Positions 11,376 through 23,360 of a stretch of 64,000 bases of DNA are shown here, in pieces. Position 1 is the first letter of the stretch, and every line of letters begins with the position of its first letter. The notes beneath the pieces were generated by a model. That model saw only the letters and a program-made list of their open reading frames with translations. It did no database searches and was not told the DNA's origin. This DNA is from Selaginella moellendorffii (Eukaryota; Plantae; Lycopodiophyta): NCBI RefSeq assembly GCF_000143415.4, contig NW_003314323.1, forward strand, positions 124,001 through 188,000, written 5' to 3'. The translations under genes were made by a program, and so were the position numbers.

Positions 11376-12973
11376 ATGGAGGGAACTGAGCCCCAGGAGA
11401 TCTCCCGGCTCTTGGAGGTAATGCGCATTGGATTTTCATTCTCACTCCATCTTCTCAGGCGCTCAGAGTGCCGCGGGAGCTCACGAGGTCCTACGCGAGC
11501 AGCCAGGAGCGAGACGGTGCCAGGGCCGAGTTCCTGGCGTCGTCGCGCGAGGCGCTGGTCGCCCTGAGAACAGCGCTTGTGTCTGGGAAATGGGAGGAGC
11601 CTCGCGAGAGAGAGGTGATCTCTACGCTCGCTACTTTTGCTTGTGGCGAAGTGGAGTGGACGACGGACGAGCTCGGGGAGATCGCAGTGAGTGCGATCGA
11701 TTGTCTCGGCTCGTCTAGGCAGCAGCTGGTTTTGGATCACTTGCGAGAACTTTTGCTGGAGATCCACGCAAGTTTGAGGCATGGAACAAGAGAGGCCACT
11801 GCTCAAAGCTTGTATGAAGAAGGGCATTCTTCTCACGACGCTTCAAATGACATCGTTCTGGCGCATCAAATGTCTTGGATACTTTCGCAGGTAAGTCTTT
11901 GTTCTCCATCTAGCTCAAAGTCGTAAGTTTTTGGATTACTTTTCTTTGTAGATTGGCCATCCTCATCTCGGCAAGCACTGCCAGATTATCATGCCCTGTG
12001 TTCTCACAGCTTTAGATCACTACTCACCTCCAATCAAGGTACATTCTCTTTTACAGTTTTTCCTCAGCTTGTTCCTTTTTTTTTTCTCCTGTAGCGCCAA
12101 GGATTGGAATGCTGTCTCCATTTGGAGCAGGGCATGAACTCCACCGAGCTGAGGTGGTACAAAGACGTTCTACTCGATGCCGTATGTCAAAACATCGCTG
12201 GATGCGACGAGTTGTGGCCGCTGGTCGTCAAAACTGCTGTTCGCCTTGTGACGCGTATAGAAGGACGGAATGCCCGCTCGCCTTGGTAAGACGAAAGCTC
12301 CTTTTTGAGTTTGATCAGGAAAAATCTCTAAGGCATCCACACAGGTACAGGAAAATCCTGGCTGAGATGCTGGGTGAGCTTGAGAGGCATCCGGACGACA
12401 AGGAGAAACCGAATGTGTTCCTCCAAGAGATCGGACCTCAACTCAAGGCGATGGGCCTTGTGTTGGTCGCTCTCTTCAAGAGACTGTTCGCTCTTCTCTT
12501 CTACTGGCTTGACACTGGAGACAAAAGGACGTCCATTCTGGTGAGAATTCAACGCAAATTACGTTCCTTCGTCCTGATGACAAATTGTTTTCTTCTTCGC
12601 GTAGGTTCTTTCTTGCTTGCGGGCTGTGATTACTCACACTTGGATCCGAATACCGCATCTTGCAAACAGGTTCGTGTTAACATTCTCTTATTTCCTGACA
12701 ATCTTGCAAACGTTCCGGATGAACAGTATCTGGGAGCAGGCCGTGAAGCTGCATTGTAAAGTCGCGGACTTGGAAGTACGCGCGGCTGTTGCCGAGACGG
12801 CGTGCTATCTAATTGAGTAAGAACTTCCACACGCAAATTCTAAAATCTTTCATTTATCGATCTTTCTCAGGTGCGTTGGTCCGGAGATTTTGGAGACTCA
12901 CCAGGACGACGTAGAATTGGTGGCTGCAGTAAAATCTATAAAAGCTTATGAAGCCCAAACTCCCAAAACTTAA
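11376..12973 (+). CDS. TTI2-like ARM/HEAT protein (Arabidopsis At2g39910-like), ~8 exons; the only intact copy in the window
   Basis: HPHLGKHCQIIMPCVLTALDHYSP, DVLLDAVCQNIAGCDELW, RSPWYRKILAEMLGELERHP, TWIR motifs, with canonical splice sites. Confidence 0.8.
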
Positions 12974-13465
12974 CTAAAAGTGAGCGCCAAATTTCCTTTT
13001 AGGTCGAAAGCCACCACCTTTCATTTCAATGCACCACGACCGTTGACGGCACGAGCGTTCTAGACACTCCTCGGATGCTTCCATGAATTATAAACAATCA
13101 ATCACGGCCAGCTGGAAAACAGAAGGTAAACCCTCTAGCAAGTTTCCGGGGAATATTTCCGAACAAGCTCACTAGGGCTGGAGCAAACAGAGCGATCAGG
13201 ATCCAAAGAGCAACTCATCCATGGGTCGGGAGCAGCGGCGGCAACGAAAGCGCGGGCATGTCAAGGCGGCTATCTTTTCGTCACTCCTCCAATCTGTTTG
13301 CTCGCTCTGTTCCCAGGTCAAGGAATCCATCGCCGCCAGCGATTGCTCCGGCTCCTTTCGAGCTCTCTCCTTTTCCTCCAGCAAATGTTGCAGCTCTAGA
13401 TCGGGAGATCTGGGCGAGGATGAAGATCATAGCAGCAGATTGATCGGATGACCGAACGGCGGCTT

Positions 13466-13755
13466 AGTCAACCTAGTGAGAAAGACTAAAGCATATCTGA
13501 AAGAGTCGTCTCGCATTAGATGACGAGTCAATGTGTCAGATTTGTCTAGAAGCCTGGAGTTTAAGTCAACAACTGCCAAGATTTCCAAGGTTGATTGTTT
13601 GACCGGCACAGTCTACAACCCAGTAAATCCAGTCAGTAAGATTGTTCTCTGTGTGTCAATGCAATCGGTCAATGTGTAATTTTTCTCTAGGGGAGTTTTA
13701 GTTAAATCCAGACTTCAAGGTATTCCATGCCTGACTGTTTGACTGATACAGTCAA
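13466..13755. promoter_or_regulatory. Cluster of 7 W-boxes (TTGACY/RGTCAA)
   Basis: Perfect sites at 13466, 13526, 13564, 13599, 13667, 13739 and 13750. Confidence 0.6.
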
Positions 13756-14243
13756 CAGCCCAGCCATTGTTGTTCTACTTCGTCTCGTCTATGTATAAGG
13801 AACAAAAGAAAAAGTTAAAGAGGTGGTGGCCACTGGTTAGTGGGTGCATTTTCAAATGATTTTTTAAAAAGGCAAAAAGATCTCACGAGATTTGTCTGGC
13901 TAGGCCAAAACAAAAGGCCTGTGGAGGCACGTGCTTGAATTGGCAGGCCTCCGAGAAGCTTCTTCTGGTGCTGCAGGGAACCTTCGCCAGCTCATTCTCG
14001 CCCCTATCATGATGAATGCACCTGGCCAAGACGTTACTTGCATTCCACTCCACTCCAAGTTTAAATTCTCGAAGCAATCAACGTGATCAAAGTTACGTTG
14101 GCGATATTACTTTCATCCGGTCAAAGCCACACTAGTATATATAACCTGTTTGGCAGCGGGGGTTTTTATCCATACTCTTCTCCATCATTACTTATCTCTC
14201 TCTCGCTCTCTTTGTGTTCTTCCGAGCTCTATCGATCGATTCG

Positions 14244-14528
14244 ATGGAAATCTCGAGCAATCTGCGTGATGGGTCCTCGGCCGCGGCAGTGATCGAGCTT
14301 CTCAAGAAGGAGCAGCTCAAGAATTCGAGGGCCAAGCACAGGGTGCCCAGAAGGGGGCAAATCAAGGCCGCCATCGCGGCCTCCATGGCGCACTCCATCG
14401 CCTCAGCATTCTCCGAGATCAAGCGGCACCTCACGCCCGCTCCCTCGCGATGTCACTCGTCGTGTGGATCCTCGCTCAGCCGATCCAGCTCCACCGGATC
14501 TCACGACTCGTCGACCTTCAGGCTGTGA
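14244..14528 (+). CDS. Small intronless protein (94 aa) of an uncharacterised plant family with a PRRGQIKAxIA motif
   Basis: GC-rich coding bias, TATA-like tatatataa at ~14135, motif HRVPRRGQIKAAIAASMAHSI, Ser-rich tail. Confidence 0.7.
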   Translation: MEISSNLRDGSSAAAVIELLKKEQLKNSRAKHRVPRRGQIKAAIAASMAHSIASAFSEIKRHLTPAPSRCHSSCGSSLSRSSSTGSHDSSTFRL

Positions 14529-14865
14529 TGGAGTGATCTATAGCAAGATACAAGATCATCAAATTGGGAAATTCTCTTTCTCCAAATCGTCTCCAGCATC
14601 TCCAGAGATTGTGCTCGAGGCCGGGTCGTGATCTCGAGCCATGGCTCCAGCACAAGAACAGAGATGTTTGCATCGCGCAGCAAAAATGATCCATCCAAAG
14701 TCTTGTTCATAGCTTGATCAAAAGGATTTGCAAAGTCAATAAATTTGGTTGACCAGAATATGCGTTGTCTTTGTTTTTGAATATTCCTTGTTCCAACGTG
14801 TTTACTCATTTGAATGAAATGTTTTGGCGCTCACGAGACTCTAGGGCAGCAAGAAAGAAGATGCG

Positions 14866-15849
14866 ATGATCGCCAGGGCGAAGGCGCTGCTCAAATCCTG
14901 CTACAAGGGAAAGGTTTCCAGGGATTTCCAATCGATCGCAGCTTCTTTCATCTTCTTTCATCGATCTAAGGTCGAAATCTTTCATCCTGTTTCTCGCAGC
15001 TCGATGCGGCCCTAGAGCCAGCCGTAGAGCAGCCGCCGCAACCAGGGATTCAAGCGATGCCTGAGATTTCCACGTTGCGAGGGCTTCCTTTCCTGATTTC
15101 CGCAGCATTCGTGGTGAAGATGGTCCAGGGCACCCTCTTTGGCGACGACAAGGTAATCGAGGTGAAGATGAATCCTTTCCTTGGCCAGGAGGACTACCTG
15201 GTGTACAAAAGGTTCGAGCAAGCATTCCTCGGCGCTGCTAGTGCCCAGCCAAAGCTCGGTAAGAGGATGAGATTTTTGAGATTATTTCTCGACCAATTTT
15301 ATAAACTTTGATCAATGTGTTTGCAGCCAAGATCACGGCTGCCGATTTGGAGAAGTCTACAGGTTTTCAGTACCACAAGTTGAGCGACTGGATTCTCCTC
15401 CTCTACCATGGCACTCCGAGCACCAACATCTCTTCCATCCTCGAGAGTGGATTCGCCACGGTTGCCGCTCGGAGTAAGAACAGATACTGGTTTAGTGGCG
15501 ACCCATTCGTTTGCACCTCTTACGCCGACGAGGACTCCAGCGAGTACTACCTCCTTGCGGTTTTGGTGCTGTATCCAGAGAAGGTAATTTCTCGTAAATC
15601 TTTTTCTCTCATGTGACCGATTCATAGATGGGAGATGATGGTACATACGCGGTTACAAAAGAGTTCCAGAGCCACATTCTACCGGTCGCTACTGTAAGGA
15701 TCCAACGTGCCACTGCGAACAATACAGGTATAGACATGTTCTCATATGAATCTAGTCATGGTTTTTTATTAGGTGTGATCCAAGCTCCTCTGTCGAAGAC
15801 TTACCTGGAGCTTCTGCGAATTTTACAATCACGATCACCAGTGAAGTGA
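14866..15849 (+). CDS. Stand-alone PARP-like ADP-ribosyltransferase-domain protein, 5 exons (14866-14913, 15000-15258, 15327-15583, 15628-15727, 15773-15849), ~246 aa
   Basis: LLYHGT..NISSILESGF, YWFSGDPFVCTSYA, YLLAVLVL, GTYAV...HILPVATV correspond to ARTD core strands. All introns are GT-AG and in phase. Confidence 0.7.
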
Positions 15850-15999
15850 TGGTTTCCTGGAGGTATTATCTTCGTATTTTTGTTGAGTCCCCCAGGTATT
15901 GAATTTTCAAAACGCTGCAGGTAGGTACCGAGCTCGGAAATGCTCATGATCAACTGTTTGCTACAAAAAAAACTCTCAAAAGCTGGAAAATGAGGATAA

Positions 16000-17405
16000 T
16001 CAAAGCTCAAGTTTGGATTCAAGGAACTCGCAAATCTTCGGCATTGCTTCAACTGTCGTGTACGAGTGGTCTCGGTGCCTGCTGACAATTCGATGCAGTT
16101 GTACTCTGCGTTGCTCGCGCTCGAAATCGTTCCCAGGTACTGCCACAGCATCTCAGCACGCTTGTCTTCCTGCCTGTGCGAGTGGACAAATAATCCACAC
16201 AGGAGTAAGGAACACTTGTTCTTCTTTGCCCCGCTGACTGAATGTTTGGTGTCTTGGTCTTTTGTTTCTTGTTGTTGTTTATCAGGACTTTGATCCAAGA
16301 CAGAGGCATTCTTGATGAGTGACCCAAGTGGAGCAGAACTTGAAACCCAGTGTGCAGAGTTTTGCACCACAAATTTTCGAGCAATGCTCGAAAGTCTCTG
16401 TAGGATCACCACCATAAAAACCATACATATGCAAAGCTTATGCTTACCTCTAGGCGATGAGACGAATCAGAAAAAGCAATGCATTTTAGCCTTTGGAGAA
16501 CTTCCGACTCTGAGGCAAGACAAAGGGTTTGAGTAGAATGGTATCCAGATTGAACATAAAATAAAAATAAGAATTTGTGTAACCTCGCTGTCTGATAAGC
16601 TCACAAGCGTTGTATCCACCGCAAGAATGTGCAACAAAAGCGAGCTTTTTTGCAGGAATGTTCATGCAAATGTTATCCCAAACACATATAATATGATTTG
16701 AGCGTGTATCACTGCCTGAAATTTTTATTCCCTGCAAAGAGCTCAATAATATTTAGTACTAGGAAGTTTTCTTTACCTCTTCTGGTGAGTTATAGTTAGG
16801 ATTAAGGACTAAAACAGCAAAATCTCGCTTATGTGCCCATTCTGCATGGACAAGAAGAAAATATGGCTTTTTTCCCTTGTAATATAAGCTTACCAATAGA
16901 AGGTAGAACGCTACCAATTAGAATAGAATCCTGAATTTAAGAAGTTATTTGACCAAAACTCTGAATAATCATACTTACATTTATGCAAACTTTGTGAGAC
17001 CATAAACCTGCCCTGCAAAAGTCAATATTACAACTAAAATTTTTGTGTATTAGCTGTATCTCACTTGATTTTTCCTGCTCCACAAATGCAAATAAGCAGC
17101 ACTTTAGAAATTGCTACATTAGAAGACAGAAATACAGGACATTTAGCCTGGCCCTCTACAGATAATTGTTCCAGTGGAAGCTCTAGCTTTGTCATTCCAT
17201 ACTTATCAACCATGAGATCTTGCACAATTTTTGCTATAATCTCCCTAACTTGGTCATAGTATTGTTATAGAATTTTGTTTTCAGAGTAATTGAAAATAGA
17301 AATCATTACCTGATTACTAGCATCATGTTTGAATGGAGCTGCACTTATATCACAAATTTGAAAGCTTTCCTCATCAATGATGTAGCCCAACTTCTCAAGC
17401 TTCAT
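16000..17405 (-). pseudogene. FAM172/Arb2-like alpha/beta-hydrolase-fold gene, probably decaying
   Basis: LEKLGYIIDE, ICGAGKIKAGLWSHKVCIN, VLVLNPN, HIICVWDN, AFVAHSCGG, IAFSDS, WVSSSAPL, LSAGT. First acceptor reads AA (17265-17266) and a 1-nt frameshift lies at ~16070. Confidence 0.75.
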
Positions 17406-18849
17406 TTTAGCCCTAGTCTTAATTAGTATTTAGGATAAATTAAAGAACCTTTGCCTTTTCAAGGTCTTAGAACATTATGAGATCAATCATTGAGATGCAT
17501 GAGTATAAAATGATTAATTTTTTTCAAATTTTAATTTATGTAGATTAATTATTTTTTGGCATAAAATAATAAATATGCAGATAATATTTGTGGCTTACTT
17601 TAAAATCCACTTCAAATTCAAATTTTAAAATAGTCTAGGTCAATTGCATAAATACTTTATAGTTTGAAAGGCTAACATATTCTTTCAAAGGTTTTAGTTT
17701 TAGGGCTTAATCAATTGTTCATAGAATTAAATTTTAGATGTCTAATATTTATATACCAATCAAGATTATATGACTATGGGATAGATAATAAATAATTAAA
17801 TATAAAATATTACTAAATAAAATAAATTTATAATAATATATTATATTTATTTTATTATAAAATTTTAAATATATAAACTATTTAGTTAATCAATGAATAA
17901 TTAAATGAATTTTTCATAGCCTTCAATTATGTACATAATCAATATAGGCAATATATGGTATAGTGTCAAATGTGACTTTATTGTTTTTAGATAAAATGTT
18001 TTTTGAGAATAAAGATTACAAAATAATATAAATATAAAAACTTAAATTTTATCTTTGTTAGATCATGATTGAAGTGATAATAATATTTATCTATAATAGT
18101 TAAGATATTTAGTTAACAAAGTATTAATTCAAGAAAATAATTATATATAAAGATTTTTAGGGAATTCTAAGTGTATGCATATTTATAAGGTATTACTTGC
18201 AAATGCTACTCAATCAAAACTAAATTAAAACTTCATAGAAAAATCACTATCGACAAGGTTTAGACTAGGTTATAAATTATTAGTTAAATAAGTTTTTGAC
18301 AAAATATAAACTTGACTATTTTAAATATTCATGCAAATGCTTGCAAAAGGGACTTACTTTAGCTCTTCATCACAGTCAATATTTATAGTTTCATCAAGAA
18401 ACCAAAGCCTATATTATGGCTCAAGAGGATTTTGACTTTAAGAGGGTCTTAAATTTATAGAAAACCTTTATAACTTATCAAGAGAAACATATAGCATTAA
18501 AGATGACTATAAAGAATCATCACTTTCTATAGAAACTTACATACACTATCTCAATGCCTAGCTTGGTTAAATTGGTAATTTATTATAAAAATGTCCTTAA
18601 GGGACTAACCAAGAACACTCCTTGAATACTTAAGCATGAATAACTTAGGGCTTATTTGCCTCTCGGAAGGTGTAAACATAAGGCTAGAGTGTGCTACTTT
18701 GCCTCATACACAAGATAAGTGCACCGGCTCAACTTCACCCATATCTTAATCTTTATAGAGAGCTATATACGTTCTATAAGCTTCTTCCAAAATTAGCATT
18801 GGAGAGAATTGTGTGGATTCCCTTTGTAAAAATCATCCCTTTTTATTTC

Positions 18850-19000
18850 CCCAAATCCAAGTTGAAACTAAGCACCACATAAGGTCTTTTATATTTCTAA
18901 ATCCCATACTAGATCAATCCTTACAATCTCCTTATGATACTCAATGACTGGTTTGGCTGGTGATGCTGGATGGGGAACCACCTGGAGCCCTTCCACAGCA
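18850..19000 (+). mobile_element. Decayed Copia RT/RNaseH junction remnant in an AT-rich tract
   Basis: MTGLAGDAGWG resembles LxGYSDADWG. The flanking 17450-18450 region is extremely AT-rich. Confidence 0.3.
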
Positions 19001-20479
19001 TCCAAATACATGCAAACAATAGTGTTCCATGCTGACTTCAGAATGATTGGTCATATCCCTAAACTTTCTTTTGAAGAGTGATCAATGATCAAGTTGGGGA
19101 TGTATAAAATCTTCAATCTTGCCAATGTAATTCATTCTAATATCTAGAAAGTTTTGCAGCAATTTTTTTTTATATCTAGCTATACAGAACAACAATTCTC
19201 AATATCTTCATCTTCATCCATATATAAAGTGGATTTAGGCTTGCATGTTCATGGAGTTCCTCAACCTAGTAGTTGTGGATGGACTACTTTGAGATGGGCT
19301 GGTAAGCAATCCCCTCTTCACATAAAGTGTTTGTTGGCATTGCACATGAAAGGATTTCAAAATGACCTTCACTATAAACCAATAGTTTTAATACCAAGTT
19401 ATAAACAACTAAATTTTTCCATTCTACTTTTTTCCATTCAATGGTTTACTTAGCATCAGATATACAATGGCTCCAAAAATCCCTTGGTGGAGTGACTAGA
19501 GGTAGCATATGCTTTACTTTTCCCTCCAATTGAAAGAAAATAATGATGTATTAGATGGAAAGAAAGTTTGGAAACAAAATTAATAACTGCTTACAGTAAA
19601 GGATGTCTAAGGTTCATCTAAAAACAAAAAAGGAAATAGTAACAAAGCAAAATTGAGGAGAAAGAAAATGGAAGGAAGTAGAATTGGTAAATATTATAAT
19701 TCTAATCAAGCTGTACATCACTAATCTAGATTTTGGCTCCTCATTTTTGCCATCACTAGCTTGTGAGCACTACATTGCTAAAATAGTGAGAACCAAGGGG
19801 AGAAAGCAAACAAACAAGAAGACTATATCTCTTGAAGTTCCAAAGAACCCTAATGTCTCTTTTAACACAAGATACTAGTAAGCACCCTCCTCCACCTGTA
19901 AATTCATTCCTAGCAAGAGGGGAAAAAACAGCTTAAGTATAAACAACATTCAATCATGAAGAAAGGCACTTGAAAACTCACCCAAGTAACGGATTGATCA
20001 ACCCTATGTGAGAAAATTCTAATTGTAAGCCCAGTGAATAAATTTATGTTTGTGTAATGCTAGAAAAGCTTTATGTAAATTGACTATTGATAAGGATTGT
20101 TGAAACTATAAACAATTTCCACGTGCTCTTTCAATAGGATCCCACAAGCAAACCAAACTCAAGTCAAATGGAGCATGTATCTTGTATACATGTTTTCTTT
20201 CTGCCATGTGACAAGCCCAATCTCGAATCTTTAAATACTCTTGAGAAAACAAGGAAAGAAGAGAATTAAAGCAAATATGAACTGCAAGGCTTAACCATAA
20301 TAGTTCAATCTGCTTCTTGCCAAAAGCTATATAAAGTTGTAAAATGCATTCTTAGCATATAGAAAGGTAAAATGTTAAAGTTTCTCACTCAAGCCAGCTC
20401 AAAAACAACTTGCAGGATATATAGTAGATATTTATGAGTGCCCTTCTACCACACATCTTGTGCCAATTCTATACTTTCC

Positions 20480-21770
20480 AAAGTAGATTTTTGATAAAGT
20501 TAATTCTAGCTTCAAAGGCTTTAGTCCTCACATCACTGGACCAGTTAAGCAACTAGAATATAAGATGGACAAGACTGGGTAGCACCAGAGTAGCAACTGG
20601 TAGTTACTGGCTTGTGCCATTATACTTTGTCAGGGGAGAGCTCAAATGCATACCAGCACCCCTTGCATGAGCAAATCCATCCCTTAGAGCCCTCACCGTG
20701 AATGCGTTGATCGAGACTCTTGCATGAAAAATGTAACTTGATTTGAAGAACAAAACGAGAACTTACATTAAAAAGGCCAGCAGTGTTCATGTTCTTCATC
20801 AACCTCAAACAAGGAATAGTGACTAAGAAAAATAAAAGAGAAAAAGGAACCTGCAATTTCGATAAGTGTTTCAACAGAGATCCGTAATGGTTAACTTCTT
20901 TCAGAATGGCAGTCATAATGGTCCTACAATGGAGACTAAAGAAATATCTTTAATGCAAGAACTTCAACGTTAGTTCCCGTAGCAACGCACAAGTGTTCTA
21001 AAAACCAGTCGCTGCGAAAAAAGCCCGTGCTGGCATTTTAAGTTTCTAAATTCGACTGAATGCACAACTCAACTTGCTCATCCAAGAGTTGAGATGAAAA
21101 AAATTTCCATACTGATCACTTGAATAAACTTGCTCAAATAGTATCTTCGTCAAATAGTTTCGAAAAAGGTACAGCATTTCCCTGATAGTACTGGACTCAG
21201 TTTTTCACGACCAGATTCTTCCAATGGGCTTCAGTTATGGAATTTGGGTCCGCAGCAGCTGTTGGCAAGTTTTTGATTGGCAACTCTGCACCGTCGTTCT
21301 GCATTTTATCCTTATTTGTAAGGTGACTGACATTTTTTTCACAGGTTATTGTTCTTTGCGTCAACCGACCAGGATTGTTTCCAGAAGTTTATTTTGAAAG
21401 AAATCTGCGCATCCAACTGAGTAAATAGAAAATAGTGCTCGATAATATTACCACTGTTTTCTATCAACTTTGAAGCGTCGTGGGGCTGAGAACAACCTTT
21501 GATAATCGAGCAACAAGTTCTGCAAAGTGATGTTAATACCACTATCACTCCAGCACACAAACCTTGGGAATTGGTGCTGTGTTTCGTAACTCCTCTGTTT
21601 TTGACATCAAGAATAGCTCGTATGTCAAGCATCCTATAGGGACCCTTCTAGAAAACAATTGTAATCAAAACACTCACCTAGACCCCACGCATCCAGTTCA
21701 TATCGAGGAGATTTGCGAATTAACAAATTCTAAAGACTTGTACTGGCTCCCCACTAAGGTGCCATCAACT
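20480..21770 (-). pseudogene. SCY1-like pseudokinase (SCYL1/CTEXP) internal fragment, copy 1
   Basis: [51 protein letters not shown] remnants with introns, stops and frameshifts. Confidence 0.75.
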
Positions 21771-21864
21771 TTCCATAGAATCATGCCATATAAAATTTTA
21801 TACATCTAGCACCATAGAAACTCAGCAAGCACGTGGAAGGCATGAAGCTTCCAATCAATCGTCG

Positions 21865-22690
21865 AAGGCATGAGCAGGAGGTGTTTAAGTGCTTGCCTAC
21901 AGTTGTTTTGAACTACCGCATTAGAACTGTGTGCAAACAATGGAAAGATCTTGTAGATTCACTAGGATTTGTGAAATTTTATTCAGCATACCACTCTAAA
22001 AGCAAGCATCTACTCCCTCCTCGTGTCTTGGGTATAACTAGAAATGGTGAGGAAATCTACAGCTGCAACCCGTTTGTTGCTGGATCTGAAGCACACAAGG
22101 ATTGGGTCCGTCAGGATGTCTACAGTCACATCTGGGTTTTCAAAAGAGGTTTCAAGCATATACTCCTGCGTCTTCATTCTGCCCTGGTATTGGAACCGTC
22201 CATGCAGCGGTACTGGATCTGTATAGCAGAAGAGCGATTGCATGTATATGACTCAAGATCAGGAGTGTGGGACCAAGTGGATTACCTGGCTCATCTCATA
22301 CAGCAAAGCTTGGTTTTGAGCTTCAACATGGAAGAAATGAGATGGTCCATCGAGTGGTCATCATCCAATCCACATATGGGAGCTGGTTTGGCCAATTGGG
22401 TGGTAACAACAGCACCCCAGTTTTTCATTGTGGCTATAGTAGCAGATCGTGGGGTTGTGAAGATGATGCTAATAAGGTTGGACTGTGCATCAAAGAGATT
22501 TGTTAAGGAGGCAAGCTTTCCTTACAACCAGGAACACTTTCTTGTTTCTACAAGGGCACCTTCATGATTCCGGATAAGAATAGGTGTTTTTTCTGGATTA
22601 TCAGGGTAAGACCTGGAGTAACTTTCCAACTCGGAACCCTTCAGTTGTGATGTCTGCTTTTCTGTTTGCCATCTTTGGTGCCTCCATGAA
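21865..22690 (+). pseudogene. F-box protein pseudogene, copy 1
   Basis: Deleted and frameshifted version of 42588-43601, with its 5' end fused to SCY1-like sequence. Confidence 0.8.
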
Positions 22691-22849
22691 AGTTGTTTTA
22701 ACAGGAATGGAAGAGTAGATCACGATATACTAAGCCTGTGACGAGGAGAGAAAATCAAAGGTGAGTAATGGTATCCCTTTAGTACATTTTTGCATTCTTG
22801 TTTCTAGAGAAGGCCGCGAGCTTCGAATAAATTATTTGTTGACCAAATT

Positions 22850-23360
22850 AAGAGCGGGCTGAACAGCAGTTTTGACTACGAGCGGCCATAACTCGTCACA
22901 TCCAGCAATGTTGTGACATATGGCATCGATTGTACCACCTCAACTATGATGGAGTTCATGCCCTGCAATCCTTGGCGCTACAGAAAAAAAGTAGCAAAAA
23001 CACAAAACAAGCTGAGAAAAAACTGTTAAAGAGAACGTACCTTGATTGGAGGCGATTAGTGATGATCTAAACCTGTAGGAACAAGGTCTTGCCTGCGAAA
23101 GTGTGATGCGCCAAAACGATGTCATTAGAAGCGTCTTGAGAGAATCCCCTTCTTCATACAAAATTTTGAGCAGTTCTCTTGTTCCATGCCTCAAACTCAC
23201 GTGGATCTCCTTGCATGACGAGCCGAGACAACTGACTGCGATCTCCCTGAGTTCGTCCGTCGTCCACTCCACTTCGCCACAAGCAAAAGTAGCGAGCGTA
23301 GACACCTGTCTCTTGCAAGGCTTCTACACAAGCGCTGCTCTCAGGGCGACCAGCGCTTGG
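22850..23360 (-). pseudogene. TTI2-like fragment
   Basis: STLATFACGEVEWTTDEL and CDELWPLVVKTAV match 11376-12973, with many deletions. Confidence 0.8.

Noticed and set aside
17450-18450. Very AT-rich tract (also 39550-39760 and 44850-45650) as possible organellar or foreign DNA
   Set aside because: No organellar genes or element termini are recognisable. More likely decayed repeats.
21564-21809. ORF MGIGAVFR... repeated three times (also at 33574 and 42161)
   Set aside because: It is the antisense of the SCY1-like pseudogene exons.
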